Source of the DNA: an uncultured Burkholderiales bacterium
Lineage (GTDB): Bacteria > Pseudomonadota > Gammaproteobacteria > Burkholderiales > Burkholderiaceae_C
DNA: 64,000 bases
NCBI GenBank assembly: GCA_903910745.1
Contig: CAIWAO010000019.1
Location: 2,018 to 66,017, forward strand
Direction: 5' to 3'
Shown here: one piece after another, positions 9,520 through 19,422 of the stretch
Position numbering within the stretch: position 1 is the first letter of the stretch
How the letters are laid out: the number at the start of each line of letters is the position of its first letter
Program-made: the position numbers and the translations under genes
The notes under the pieces: generated by a model
Told to the model about the DNA's origin: nothing
Seen by the model: the letters and a program-made list of their open reading frames with translations, nothing else
Database searches by the model: none

Positions 9520-10758
9520 CTATTCATCAAAATTTTGTTCAAAATCCCGGGCGCCTTGTTGCAAAGCCCAGCTCACATGCTCAGCAACGACGGGACTTGA
9601 ATGATTAATTCTAAAATTTAGTGCCTGTCTAATTAACTCCTGACTTGATGGGCTAATCAATTGGGGGTTCGTTTTATACTGATAGAGCGCATTACCCATG
9701 GCAACTGCAATATTTCTTAACCACCTCTCATAGCCAATCCTTCTAATTGCGCTCCCAGCTGTATTTGCTTCAAACTCCTCCAGTGTCCAGGAAAAATACT
9801 CCACTAATTTTTTACTCTCCCAAATACCATTAGTCAAATTTTTATTGTCCGCCTTGTTCATCAAAGTGGGTCTAACATCAAAGTCATCAATGGATGAGAC
9901 TTGCGCGTACTTATTCCAAGGGCAGGCTGTTTGACAATCGTCGCATCCATAAATATGGTTTCCCATTTTGGATCTAAGCTCCAAAGGGATAGATCCGCTA
10001 TGCTCGATCGTCAAATATGAAATACATTTTCTTGCATCCAGGACGTAGGGTTCAATAATAGCCCCAGTTGGACAAACGTCTATACACGCAGTGCATGAAC
10101 CGCAGTGATTTTCAACTTTTGGAGTTTGTTCAAGGGGAATATCAACGTAAATCTCCCCCAGAAAAAACATCGATCCAGCCTCCTTATTTATCAAGAGTGT
10201 ATGTTTACCGCGCCAACCTAAACCACTTTGAGTACCTAATTCAACCTCAAGAACTGGCGCTGAATCTGTAAAAACTCTGTAACCTAGGCTTGAAAAGTTT
10301 TCGCGTACTTTTTGAGCCAACTTATCAAGTCTTTGCCTGAGCACTTTGTGATAATCGCGTCCTCTTGCATAAACCGAGATCAGGCCCTCATCAACCTTAT
10401 CTAAGCGGTCTGTTTCGTGTTGTATCCAGATTAAATCTTGAATGCAAGTGTCGCTGGGCAAATAATTCATTCGAGCGGTGATGACGCTGAGGGTACCGTT
10501 GACAAGCTCAGCGGGGCGAGCTCGGGTGAGTCCATGACGAGACATATACTCCATTTCTCCGTGAAACCCCTTTTCTAACCATTTAGTTAAGCCAGGCTCC
10601 GCGTGGGTGAGATCGATTGAGGAAACCCCAATTTGAGAAAACCCTAGCGCCTTCCCCCAAACCTGCAAGTCATCTATGGACAACCCGCAAGCAGACGCAA
10701 GTTGAGGTTTTTGCTCAAAATTTGAAGCCATTGGATCGTGTGGTTTAAAGGTTTTCAC
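9520..10758 (-). CDS. queG: tRNA epoxyqueuosine(34) reductase
   Basis: 412 aa. Ferredoxin-type motifs CGSCTACIDVCPTGAI and CDDCQTACPWN, with overall QueG layout. Confidence 0.85.
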   Translation of the reverse strand: MKTFKPHDPMASNFEQKPQLASACGLSIDDLQVWGKALGFSQIGVSSIDLTHAEPGLTKWLEKGFHGEMEYMSRHGLTRARPAELVNGTLSVITARMNYLPSDTCIQDLIWIQHETDRLDKVDEGLISVYARGRDYHKVLRQRLDKLAQKVRENFSSLGYRVFTDSAPVLEVELGTQSGLGWRGKHTLLINKEAGSMFFLGEIYVDIPLEQTPKVENHCGSCTACIDVCPTGAIIEPYVLDARKCISYLTIEHSGSIPLELRSKMGNHIYGCDDCQTACPWNKYAQVSSIDDFDVRPTLMNKADNKNLTNGIWESKKLVEYFSWTLEEFEANTAGSAIRRIGYERWLRNIAVAMGNALYQYKTNPQLISPSSQELIRQALNFRINHSSPVVAEHVSWALQQGARDFEQNFDE

Positions 10759-10806
10759 AGGGTTTTAGAATTGACGTATATAGCCTATCAAGCATATGAT
10801 ATATGA

Positions 10807-11292
10807 GTGACATATTTTATGACCGAGAGTTCTTTTATCTGTGACACAGTAGAGTCACTTAAGCTCTTTGCAGAGCAAATTGCGTTACACCCATCAATTG
10901 AAAATGCAAATATTCAATTGATGGGTGAGCTCGGCGCTGGCAAATCAACATTTACCAGGTATCTTTTACAATCACTGGGTGTAATGGGTACTATCAAAAG
11001 TCCAACCTACGCTGTGGTTGAGGAGTATTTGGTAAAAAAAAGGCAAGCTGAACTCAGAATTTGGCACTTTGATTTTTACAGATTCAACGATCCCAGTGAA
11101 TGGGAGGAAGCAGGATTTAGGGATATCTTTATGAGTACCGGACTGAAAATTTCAGAATGGCCGCAAAAGGCGGCAGGATATATCCCGGACCCAGATCTTG
11201 TGATTGATTTTGAATTTACAGAAAAAGAAGATTCGCGGCTTATTAAGCTTAAAGCTTTGACTCAAATTGGTCAAAAGCTTTTTACAAAATAA
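10807..11292 (+). CDS. tsaE: tRNA t6A37 biosynthesis ATPase TsaE
   Basis: 161 aa. P-loop GELGAGKSTFTR, SPTY and HFDFYR motifs. The track start is GTG; an in-frame ATG lies at 10819. Confidence 0.8.
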   Translation: MTYFMTESSFICDTVESLKLFAEQIALHPSIENANIQLMGELGAGKSTFTRYLLQSLGVMGTIKSPTYAVVEEYLVKKRQAELRIWHFDFYRFNDPSEWEEAGFRDIFMSTGLKISEWPQKAAGYIPDPDLVIDFEFTEKEDSRLIKLKALTQIGQKLFTK

Positions 11293-11294
11293 CA

Positions 11295-12815
11295 GTGTCA
11301 AAGGCCAAACATTTGAGCTCCAAATGCGCACTAAAAAAGGCATCACTAAGCCTTGATAGAAGAACGCTTCTCAAAACTGGCGGGCTCATTTTTACTCTTG
11401 GTGCTTCAATCATCGCAAGAGGAGCCTCCATAGTGAGTGTGCGAGTTTGGCCTGCAAAAGAATACACACGCGTCACCATTGAGTCAGACGCTGCGCTAAA
11501 AACAAACCCCCTACTCGTCAACGACCCTCCCAGACTGGCAATAGATATTAATGGCATTGAGCTAAGTGCCGCTTTAAAAGACATCGTCAGTAAAATCTTA
11601 CCAGATGACCCATTTATTTCCGGGGTCAGAATAGGTCAATACACGAGCACAACTGTGCGTTTGGTAATAGATCTTAAACAAGCTATCAAACCCCAAGTGT
11701 TCAGTTTAGACCCAGTTGGTAAGGGGCAATCTAGATACCAATACAGGACAGTTCTTGATCTCTATCCCACTAAGCCCCTTGATCCATTAGAAGCCCTGAT
11801 CTCAGAGCGAGCGCAATTACAAGACTCCACCTCCACAGCTCTGCAGTCCTCAACAGGCTCAATGCAAGCAGCGGGTGGACTGGATAAAGGTGGTGAGATT
11901 GCGATCGTAGATGACCCCCTAATTGAGTTATTGAATAAGCAAGGCCTTCTCCAGTCTAACAACAGGTTAACCCCACTTGGCGAGTCAACTCACCAGAGCA
12001 TAAAAGTCGATGAACCAACATCACACACATCCAGGGAAGCCAACGATTCACCTCAAAACTCAGGAAAACCCATTTATGTGGACCGATATATCGTCATTGC
12101 TTTAGACCCGGGGCATGGAGGCGAGGATCCAGGGGCTATTGGCACAAGAGGCACTAGAGAAAAAGACATTGTGCTCAAGATCGCAAATAAATTACACGCC
12201 CTGATTAATGCTAAAACTTTAAAAACCAAGTCAGGGATCATGCCGATGCGAGCGTTTATGACGCGTGATGCAGACTATTTTGTGCCCTTAAATACTAGAG
12301 TTGAAAAAGCACGCAGAGTGCAAGCAGACTTGTTCATCAGTATTCATGCGGATGCTTTTTTTAACCCCGATGCGCAGGGCGCTAGCGTTTTTGCGCTTAA
12401 CCAAGGCGCTGCCTCAAGTGCTGCAGCGATGTTTATGGCCAAGCAAGAAAATAAGGCTGACAAAATTGGTGGGCTTAACATGTCGGTCAAGGACGAGCAC
12501 CTTAAACACGCTTTACTTGACATGAGTACGACAGCTCAAATTAACGACAGCCTAAAATTAGGCACCGAAATGCTCAATCAAATCAAAAATTTTGAAAAGC
12601 TACACAAACCCCATGTCGAGCAAGCTGGCTTTGCAGTCCTAAAAGCCCCTGACATTCCAAGCATTTTGGTTGAAACTGCCTTTATCAGTAACCCCAAAGA
12701 AGAACAACTTCTTTTATCTGAGGATCATCAAAACAAATTAGCCGTTGCTTTGATGCTTGGCATTGAACGTTATTTCATGCGAAATCCACCTTTGGCTAGA
12801 ACTCGAACAACTTGA
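11295..12815 (+). CDS. amiC: N-acetylmuramoyl-L-alanine amidase (AmiC-like, Tat-exported)
   Basis: 506 aa. Twin-arginine signal SLDRRTLLKTGG, AMIN-like N-domain, Amidase_3 core (ALDPGHGGEDPGA, SIHADA, ETAFISN). Confidence 0.85.
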   Translation: MSKAKHLSSKCALKKASLSLDRRTLLKTGGLIFTLGASIIARGASIVSVRVWPAKEYTRVTIESDAALKTNPLLVNDPPRLAIDINGIELSAALKDIVSKILPDDPFISGVRIGQYTSTTVRLVIDLKQAIKPQVFSLDPVGKGQSRYQYRTVLDLYPTKPLDPLEALISERAQLQDSTSTALQSSTGSMQAAGGLDKGGEIAIVDDPLIELLNKQGLLQSNNRLTPLGESTHQSIKVDEPTSHTSREANDSPQNSGKPIYVDRYIVIALDPGHGGEDPGAIGTRGTREKDIVLKIANKLHALINAKTLKTKSGIMPMRAFMTRDADYFVPLNTRVEKARRVQADLFISIHADAFFNPDAQGASVFALNQGAASSAAAMFMAKQENKADKIGGLNMSVKDEHLKHALLDMSTTAQINDSLKLGTEMLNQIKNFEKLHKPHVEQAGFAVLKAPDIPSILVETAFISNPKEEQLLLSEDHQNKLAVALMLGIERYFMRNPPLARTRTT

Positions 12816-13036
12816 GCGGCGTGCATCTCAAACAATAACTATTCTTGAAAAGACCAATGTTTTTGTTTTCACAGTGCTAGCTTAACTATCCGTACCTCCC
12901 CACCCTCTCCCGAAGTCTATTGAACAACTACAAGCCCAGTAACAAAAGGCTCTTCAACAACATTCATTCACAAAAATTATAAGTTGAACGCGAGTTGTTC
13001 TACCATTTCTTAGCAGGTTTTGAAGTCAAATCTCTA

Positions 13037-13675
13037 TTAAACCTCCCTAGCTTTAACTTTGTAGGATCCCCAAACTGCAATCAAACTTGGCACCAACACA
13101 AGTCCCCAAATAAAAAACTCAATGTGCCCCTTGACCCAAGGAACATTACCCAAGGCATAACCGGCACTGACGATTCCAAAAACCCAAATGATAGCCCCAA
13201 TGACATTAAATAGGCTAAAGCTATAAAAAGTCATCTGCCCCATGCCGGCAACAAATGGGGCAAATGTTCTAATAAAAGGCACGAAACGGGCAATCACAAT
13301 CGCGCTAGACCCATAAGTCTTATAAAAATCTTGTGTCTTTTGGAACTCACGCTCACCAAACCATCTTGAGTGAGACTTCATAAGAGTCGTCCCTAGTTTT
13401 GAGCCCATCCAGTAATTAAATTGACCGCCCACGGCACCAGCCGTACTGAGCAAGACGCAACAAATGGTCCAGTCCATCAGGCCTACCGCGCAGATTCCCC
13501 CGACCACAAATAAAAGAGAATCTCCTGGCAAAAAGGGAGTCAAAACTACACCGGCCTCTAAAAATACGATCACAAATAACAAAAGATAAATCCAGGAGTC
13601 ATAGTACTTAACAAACTCCTCTAAATAGCGATCCACATGCAAAACGAAGTCGATCAACTGAGCAGCAAATTCCAT
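13037..13675 (-). CDS. DedA family membrane protein
   Basis: 212 aa. DedA/VTT motifs (FLPGDSLLF, ARFVPFIRTFAPFVAG). Confidence 0.8.
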   Translation of the reverse strand: MEFAAQLIDFVLHVDRYLEEFVKYYDSWIYLLLFVIVFLEAGVVLTPFLPGDSLLFVVGGICAVGLMDWTICCVLLSTAGAVGGQFNYWMGSKLGTTLMKSHSRWFGEREFQKTQDFYKTYGSSAIVIARFVPFIRTFAPFVAGMGQMTFYSFSLFNVIGAIIWVFGIVSAGYALGNVPWVKGHIEFFIWGLVLVPSLIAVWGSYKVKAREV

Positions 13676-13769
13676 TTATCTATTTTCCTATTTGAGGTCT
13701 AGTACATGTAAAAATGAATTCAAATGTACTCATAAGTTTTGCCTTAACTGTACCTTAAAATAGTCTCTT

Positions 13770-15812
13770 GTGAACCCTAGCACTCAACCCCAACGCCCCA
13801 TTCTTGAACTCCCAGATGAGTTGATCAGCCAAATCGCAGCTGGTGAGGTCGTTGAGCGCCCCTCCTCCGTTGTTCGTGAATTGGTGGATAACGCTTTAGA
13901 TGCAGGTTCTTCGCAAATTACGGTTCGATTGGTTGCAGGGGGTATCCGCTCCATAACTGTTGAAGACGACGGAGTAGGCATTTCACAGGAAGATTTACCC
14001 AAAGCAATCAAACGCCATGCAACAAGCAAAATCGGCTCCTTAACTGATTTGGAGAGCGTGGCAACGATGGGATTTCGCGGCGAAGCACTTGCAGCGGTCG
14101 CATCAGTTTCAGAGCTAAGAATTCTCTCAAAAACGAGCACCCAAGATCACGCGCTAGAACTTGATGCCAGAACGGGAGAGTTGAATCCAGCAGCAAGAGG
14201 GGTTGGGACTACTATAGCGGTGAATGAGCTTTTTTTTAGCACTCCTGCAAGACGTAAATTTCTTAAAAGCGAAAGTACTGAATTTGCCCATTGCGTGGAG
14301 GCCGTTCGTCGTCACGCGCTCACCCGCCCCGGCGTTGGATTTAACATCTGGCATGAGGGCCGGCTAACGCATCAATGGAGGGCTCAAGCACCATCTTTAA
14401 GCAGCGAAGAAATTTCCCAACTCTCATCAAATACGGGGATCAGTTTATCTGCTTTAGACAGAAGACTTTCAGATGTTTTAGGCGAAGATTTCGTTAAAGA
14501 GTCTGTAAGCATTGACTATAGGCACGGAAATATTTGGATCAAAGGCCGTGCGGGTGTTCCCAACGCTGCAAGGTCAAGATCTGATCATCAATTTGCATAT
14601 GTCAATGGTCGGTTTATCAAAGACCGGGTGATCATGCATGCTGCAAAAAGTGCATATGCTGATATTTTGCACTCTGGTCGACAGCCCATTTACGCTTTAT
14701 ACATCGATATGGATCCGACCAGGGTGGATGTCAACGTTCATCCAACCAAGATTGAGGTGCGCTTTAGAGACAGTAGGGAGGTGCACCAAGCTATTTTGCA
14801 CGGTATTGAGCAAGCCCTCTCTAAACCTCGAGTTGGTCAAAGTAATGAATCCTCTTTGCCTAGCTCTGAACCACAGGGGCCCGTTTTGAGTGAGACCGCA
14901 CAGGCACTCTCGCGTCTACAAACTCACCGAGAGGAGTCCCAATTTGGTTGGAGACAATCCAATATAAACTGGGGCAACACCAGAGCTCAAGACATTGGTC
15001 AACTTTGGAGTAAAAGTACAAGTCAAGCTCAGCCCGAATCCATAACTGAGAGTCGTCTTGAAGATTGGCACCAAGGTAATGAAACACATACACAAGAGTC
15101 TCTTGACCCCTCATCCTCATCCTCATCCTCATCCTCATCCTCATCTTCAGACTCGAAAAGTACAGTAACTGATAATGCATTTGAGATTACAAATGCACAA
15201 GGTAACTTCAAACATACTGAGCAAACTTTAGAGCCTCTTGGACAAGCACTAGGTCAGCTGCAGGGGATCTACATCTTGGCAGAGAATGCACAAGGTCTCA
15301 TCATTGTAGACATGCATGCAGCTCATGAGAGAGTCGTGTATGAGAGGTTAAAACTGCAACTCGACGCCGCAAAAATTCAAAGTCAACCGCTTCTCATACC
15401 CGCAAGTTTTGCAGCCACTGAGACTGAAGTGGCAATTGCCGAGGAGAGTGTTGAGACACTTGATCAACTTGGACTGGAGATCTCAACCCTTTCCCCAAAA
15501 ACGCTTGCAGTTCGTGCTGTGCCAGCCACTTTAGCGCAAGCGGATGCGGTGGAATTAGCAAGGAGTGTCCTTAGGGAACTTAGTGAGAATGCAGGTACAC
15601 AAGTAATTGAGAGGGCTCGAAATGAGATCTTATCTACTATGGCTTGTCACGGCGCTGTCAGAGCAAACAGGCGACTCACCCTACCTGAGATGAACGCACT
15701 TCTCAGACAAATGGAAATCACAGAGCGCTCTGATCAGTGCAATCATGGTCGCCCAACATGGAGACAAGTTACGGTCAAGGAATTGGACTCATTGTTTCTA
15801 AGAGGTAGATGA
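13770..15812 (+). CDS. mutL: DNA mismatch repair protein MutL (endonuclease-type)
   Basis: 680 aa. GHKL ATPase motifs (ELVDNALDAG, GFRGEAL). C-terminal DMHAAHERVVYE fits DQHA-x2-E-x4-E, plus CNHGRPT. Poly-Ser linker. Confidence 0.95.
   Translation: MNPSTQPQRPILELPDELISQIAAGEVVERPSSVVRELVDNALDAGSSQITVRLVAGGIRSITVEDDGVGISQEDLPKAIKRHATSKIGSLTDLESVATMGFRGEALAAVASVSELRILSKTSTQDHALELDARTGELNPAARGVGTTIAVNELFFSTPARRKFLKSESTEFAHCVEAVRRHALTRPGVGFNIWHEGRLTHQWRAQAPSLSSEEISQLSSNTGISLSALDRRLSDVLGEDFVKESVSIDYRHGNIWIKGRAGVPNAARSRSDHQFAYVNGRFIKDRVIMHAAKSAYADILHSGRQPIYALYIDMDPTRVDVNVHPTKIEVRFRDSREVHQAILHGIEQALSKPRVGQSNESSLPSSEPQGPVLSETAQALSRLQTHREESQFGWRQSNINWGNTRAQDIGQLWSKSTSQAQPESITESRLEDWHQGNETHTQESLDPSSSSSSSSSSSSSDSKSTVTDNAFEITNAQGNFKHTEQTLEPLGQALGQLQGIYILAENAQGLIIVDMHAAHERVVYERLKLQLDAAKIQSQPLLIPASFAATETEVAIAEESVETLDQLGLEISTLSPKTLAVRAVPATLAQADAVELARSVLRELSENAGTQVIERARNEILSTMACHGAVRANRRLTLPEMNALLRQMEITERSDQCNHGRPTWRQVTVKELDSLFLRGR
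15111..15146 (+). repeat. hexanucleotide microsatellite (TCATCC)5+TCATCT inside the mutL linker
   Basis: Read directly. In frame with mutL and encodes the poly-Ser run. Confidence 0.95.
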
Positions 15813-16780
15813 CAAATTCTCACGCGTTTAAAGATTTCTTTGAAACCTATGATTGTTTAACAATCACGGGACCCACAGGAGTTGGTAAAACAGGCCTCGC
15901 AATTGCGCTGAGCAATCAATGGCCGATCGAAATCATTAGTATGGACTCCGCCTTGGTTTATAGGGGCATGGATATCGGCACTGCCAAGCCCTCTGAGCTT
16001 GAACTTGCACAGGTTCCTCATCATTTAATTGACATTCGCACACCTTTGCAGGCCTATAACGCTGCAGAGTTTGCAACTGATGCAACCCGTCTCATCAAGC
16101 AAGTGCGCTCAAAAAACAAGCTCCCCGTTATTGTCGGGGGTACACTGCTTTACTTCAAGGCTTTGTTTGAGGGATTAAATGACTTACCGCAAACACAACC
16201 TCTTGTGAGGGAGGAAATCAATACCGAGGCTGCTCAGTTGGGCTGGCCAGCAATGCATGAGGCCTTAAAAAAAGTCGATCCGCCAACTGCTAATAGACTA
16301 CCGCCCTCTGATGCTCAACGTATTTCAAGAGCATTGGAGGTTTGGAGAATCAGTGGTAAACCTATTTCAAGTTATTTCCTCAACCGCACGCCCGTTGAGC
16401 TGAATAACAAACTAATTTCATTAGAACCTAAAGATCGCTCGTGGCTTCACAACAGACTAGAAATGCGTTTCAAAGACATGGTCAAGCAAGGATTCATAGA
16501 TGAGGTCAGGGGCCTTAAAGAAGATCCTAATCTTCATGCATCGCTACCCTCGATGCGCTGTGTGGGATATCGTCAGATTTGGAAAGCGCTCGAGGAAAAT
16601 GAACAATTAACGGATGAAATATTGACCTCCATTTATAACACCGGTGTTGCAGCAACTAGGCAACTCGCAAAAAGACAATTAACTTGGCTAAGGGGTATGA
16701 GTGAGAGGGTGGTCATAGAATGCGATAAAGAAAACGGATCTCAAATTCAAAAAGATCTATTCAGAATCTTAAGAATATAA
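15809..16780 (+). CDS. miaA: tRNA dimethylallyltransferase
   Basis: 323 aa. P-loop GPTGVGKT. ATGA overlap with the mutL stop. Confidence 0.9.
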   Translation: MTNSHAFKDFFETYDCLTITGPTGVGKTGLAIALSNQWPIEIISMDSALVYRGMDIGTAKPSELELAQVPHHLIDIRTPLQAYNAAEFATDATRLIKQVRSKNKLPVIVGGTLLYFKALFEGLNDLPQTQPLVREEINTEAAQLGWPAMHEALKKVDPPTANRLPPSDAQRISRALEVWRISGKPISSYFLNRTPVELNNKLISLEPKDRSWLHNRLEMRFKDMVKQGFIDEVRGLKEDPNLHASLPSMRCVGYRQIWKALEENEQLTDEILTSIYNTGVAATRQLAKRQLTWLRGMSERVVIECDKENGSQIQKDLFRILRI

Positions 16781-16824
16781 AAACTTTTAAAAATCTGATA
16801 CCTGTATAAAACACCTTAACCTTT

Positions 16825-16860
16825 CTGCATCTGCATCTGTATCTGTATCTGCATCTGTAT
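16825..16860 (+). repeat. intergenic hexanucleotide microsatellite (CTGYAT)6
   Basis: ctgcat ctgcat ctgtat ctgtat ctgcat ctgtat, ending 29 nt upstream of the ferredoxin ATG. Confidence 0.95.
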
Positions 16861-16888
16861 CATAGCTATCATCATTAGCATCTGTAAC

Positions 16889-17176
16889 ATGTTCAAAGTC
16901 AAGCTTAAAACAAATTCTGATACTTTAGAATTCACAGCAAATGAGCACAACAGCTTGATGGAGTGTGCTCAAGACTTTGAGATTAATATACCCAGCTCAT
17001 GTAGAAACGGTACCTGTAGGACCTGTATGACACGCTCTAAATCTGGAGTCGTTAGATACGATATCGGATGGCCAGGACTTAGTAGGGAAGAAAAACAGGA
17101 GGGATGGATACTGCCCTGTGTTGCGATCGCTTGCTCAGATTTAGAACTAGAGAATACAAAAGCGTATCAAATTTAA
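16889..17176 (+). CDS. 2Fe-2S ferredoxin (plant-type fold)
   Basis: 95 aa. Cys pattern SSCRNGTCRTC ... LPCV (C-x4-C-x2-C...C). Confidence 0.75.
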   Translation: MFKVKLKTNSDTLEFTANEHNSLMECAQDFEINIPSSCRNGTCRTCMTRSKSGVVRYDIGWPGLSREEKQEGWILPCVAIACSDLELENTKAYQI

Positions 17177-17214
17177 ACGTCACGAAGTCTGCTTTAAGTA
17201 AATGTGACCCAACT

Positions 17215-18504
17215 TCACTGCGCTGGATTTAAAAAATTTCTTTGAGCAAGCTCTTTGAACTGATATCTCCAAATGAGTGCCAACAACATCGACCCTACTC
17301 CTCCCACAACAACAGAGGCAACCGGTCCTAAAAGACTAGCCGTTGCGCCCGACTCAAACTCTCCCAACTGATTGGACGCCCCAATAAAAATCCCGTTCAC
17401 AGAGCCCACACGTCCCCTCATTTCATTGGGGGTTTCTAGTTGAATTAGAGTCATGCGTATTACAACGCTGATACTATCGGCAACTCCGGTCACGATTAGA
17501 GCGATTACGGATAACCAAAGTGAATGAGAAATACCAAAAATTGCCGTAGCAAATCCAAAGAGAGCCACCGAGCAAAGCATCTTAATGCCTACCCGGTGCT
17601 GCAAAGGCCAACGGGTTAGAACTATTGTCATCACAAGAGCCCCCAGTGCTGGGGAGGCGCGCAAAATACCTAACTCTGTGGGTCCAGCGTTCAAAATATC
17701 TTTTGCAAAAATAGGTAGTAGCGCAGTAGCCCCTCCCAAAAGAACAGCAAACAAATCTAGTGAGGTGGCACCCAGTACCAGTTTATTTTTAAAAATAAAA
17801 CTGACACCTGCAAAAACACTCGCAACCGAAGTGGGCTCTTTAGAAGGAGTAGGCGTCTTATCTTTAATGTTCAAACCTAGAATAACACCGCAGATGAAAA
17901 GTAAAAAACAAACTGTATAAACAACACTTGAATCAAGTGCGTACAAAAGTCCCCCCAAGGCGGGACCAACGATTACGGCCAGTTGATTCCCCCCGGACGT
18001 AAAAGCTACTGCCCGTGCTAGAAGTTGGGGAGGTACAAGGGTAGGAGAAAGGGCCTGTTGTGTCGCGGTTTGAAAGGCTCTCACGCTCCCTAAAATAATC
18101 GAGAAAAGAAGAATTAGGTCTCGACTTACCCAGGGCTCTGAGGTGCCAAAACCTACTGTACCCAAAAAAAGTAAAGCCGCTACTAGGGACTGCACAGCCA
18201 AACAGGCAGTGAAAACATAAGAGCGCCTGAGGCGATCAATTAAATGCCCGGCAGGCAAAAACAAAATGAGTGCTGGCACAAACTGAAACAAACCAACCAG
18301 TCCTAGGTCCCAGGCCGAGTGGGAGAGCTCGTACATGTGCCACCCAAGTGCTACCATCAACATCTGGTTAGCGGTTGTACCGAGTAACCTTGCAAACCAA
18401 AACCGGATGAATATCCTTTGAGACCAAAGCCCCTTAAATGAAGCATCAACCCAAGGTAAATTTGGGTCCAGTGAATTCGTTGCTTTAGGCGCTGAGCTTG
18501 ACAT
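17215..18504 (-). CDS. MFS transporter
   Basis: 429 aa, about 12 hydrophobic segments, EntS/MFS_3-like N-terminus. Confidence 0.8.
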   Translation of the reverse strand: MSSSAPKATNSLDPNLPWVDASFKGLWSQRIFIRFWFARLLGTTANQMLMVALGWHMYELSHSAWDLGLVGLFQFVPALILFLPAGHLIDRLRRSYVFTACLAVQSLVAALLFLGTVGFGTSEPWVSRDLILLFSIILGSVRAFQTATQQALSPTLVPPQLLARAVAFTSGGNQLAVIVGPALGGLLYALDSSVVYTVCFLLFICGVILGLNIKDKTPTPSKEPTSVASVFAGVSFIFKNKLVLGATSLDLFAVLLGGATALLPIFAKDILNAGPTELGILRASPALGALVMTIVLTRWPLQHRVGIKMLCSVALFGFATAIFGISHSLWLSVIALIVTGVADSISVVIRMTLIQLETPNEMRGRVGSVNGIFIGASNQLGEFESGATASLLGPVASVVVGGVGSMLLALIWRYQFKELAQRNFLNPAQ

Positions 18505-18527
18505 CTTCTAGAAAAAAATAAGAGTAA

Positions 18528-19340
18528 ATGGTAACCGACTTAGATGCCCCGAGAGAGGACCCAAGAGCTGAGGATCCAAAAATCATCTTTGAGGACTCAG
18601 AACTTTTGGTGATCGATAAACCAGCGGGACTTTTGGCTGTGCCTGGGCGAGGGCCTGAGAAAACAGACTGTGTGCAAGGCAGGCTAAACCTAAGCCATCC
18701 TGAAGTGCTGATCGTGCATAGACTGGATCAAGCGACCTCTGGGTTGATGTTGCTGGCTAAAAACATACCCTCCCAAAAAAAACTAAGCATCCTTTTTCAA
18801 AAACAACTTATCCAAAAAAGTTATCTTGCAATTGTAAGTAACTTTGTCTCCCCCCTGCTGACTTGGCATACCGTTGACAAAGGACTAAGCGCCGACTGGC
18901 CCAATAGACCGAAACAAAAAACGAGTGACTCGGGTAAACCATCGGTAACCCATTGGCGCGCTCTTGAACACATAAAAGAGATGGGAGCTACACTTTTAGA
19001 GGTCAAACCTTTAAGCGGTCGAACCCATCAAATCCGGGTTCATTTGCAAAGTATAGGACTACCCATTTTGGGGGATACTTTGTATGCGCACGGTTTTACA
19101 GAGTTTGATCATCCCTTTACTAGCCCAGCCAAAGAGGCATCGAGTTTCTTTGAGGCAACATTTTCAATTCAAAGCTCAACTCGAATTAAAAATCCGTTCA
19201 ATCGAATGCTTTTGCATGCAAATGAGATCGTTTTTACCCACCCCATTACAAATGAAGAAATGAGATTTGAAAGTATTCCAGAATTTGCAAATTGGGAAGA
19301 AATTAGGGTTGCGATTAAAGAGCGCAACCCTACTGATTAA
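18528..19340 (+). CDS. RluA family pseudouridine synthase
   Basis: 270 aa. Catalytic-Asp motif HRLDQATSGLMLLAK, and GRTHQIRVH. Confidence 0.8.
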   Translation: MVTDLDAPREDPRAEDPKIIFEDSELLVIDKPAGLLAVPGRGPEKTDCVQGRLNLSHPEVLIVHRLDQATSGLMLLAKNIPSQKKLSILFQKQLIQKSYLAIVSNFVSPLLTWHTVDKGLSADWPNRPKQKTSDSGKPSVTHWRALEHIKEMGATLLEVKPLSGRTHQIRVHLQSIGLPILGDTLYAHGFTEFDHPFTSPAKEASSFFEATFSIQSSTRIKNPFNRMLLHANEIVFTHPITNEEMRFESIPEFANWEEIRVAIKERNPTD

Positions 19341-19422
19341 ACGCTGAGCGCCGTTAAACTGTAGATGTATCTGGCAAAATCTAGATCAAATTAGATTTTT
19401 TAAAAAATAGGAGTTAAGCATC

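Noticed and set aside
14860-15211. Minus-strand ORFs encoding MRMRMRMR and EDEDEDED runs
   Set aside because: They are antisense readings of the mutL (TCATCC)n repeat, and the mutL frame is clearly the real one.
16820-16888. N-terminal (Cys-Ile)n extension of the ferredoxin
   Set aside because: The frame is open, but it has no ATG, GTG or TTG between the in-frame TAA (16817) and the annotated ATG. It is kept only as a curiosity in the findings.
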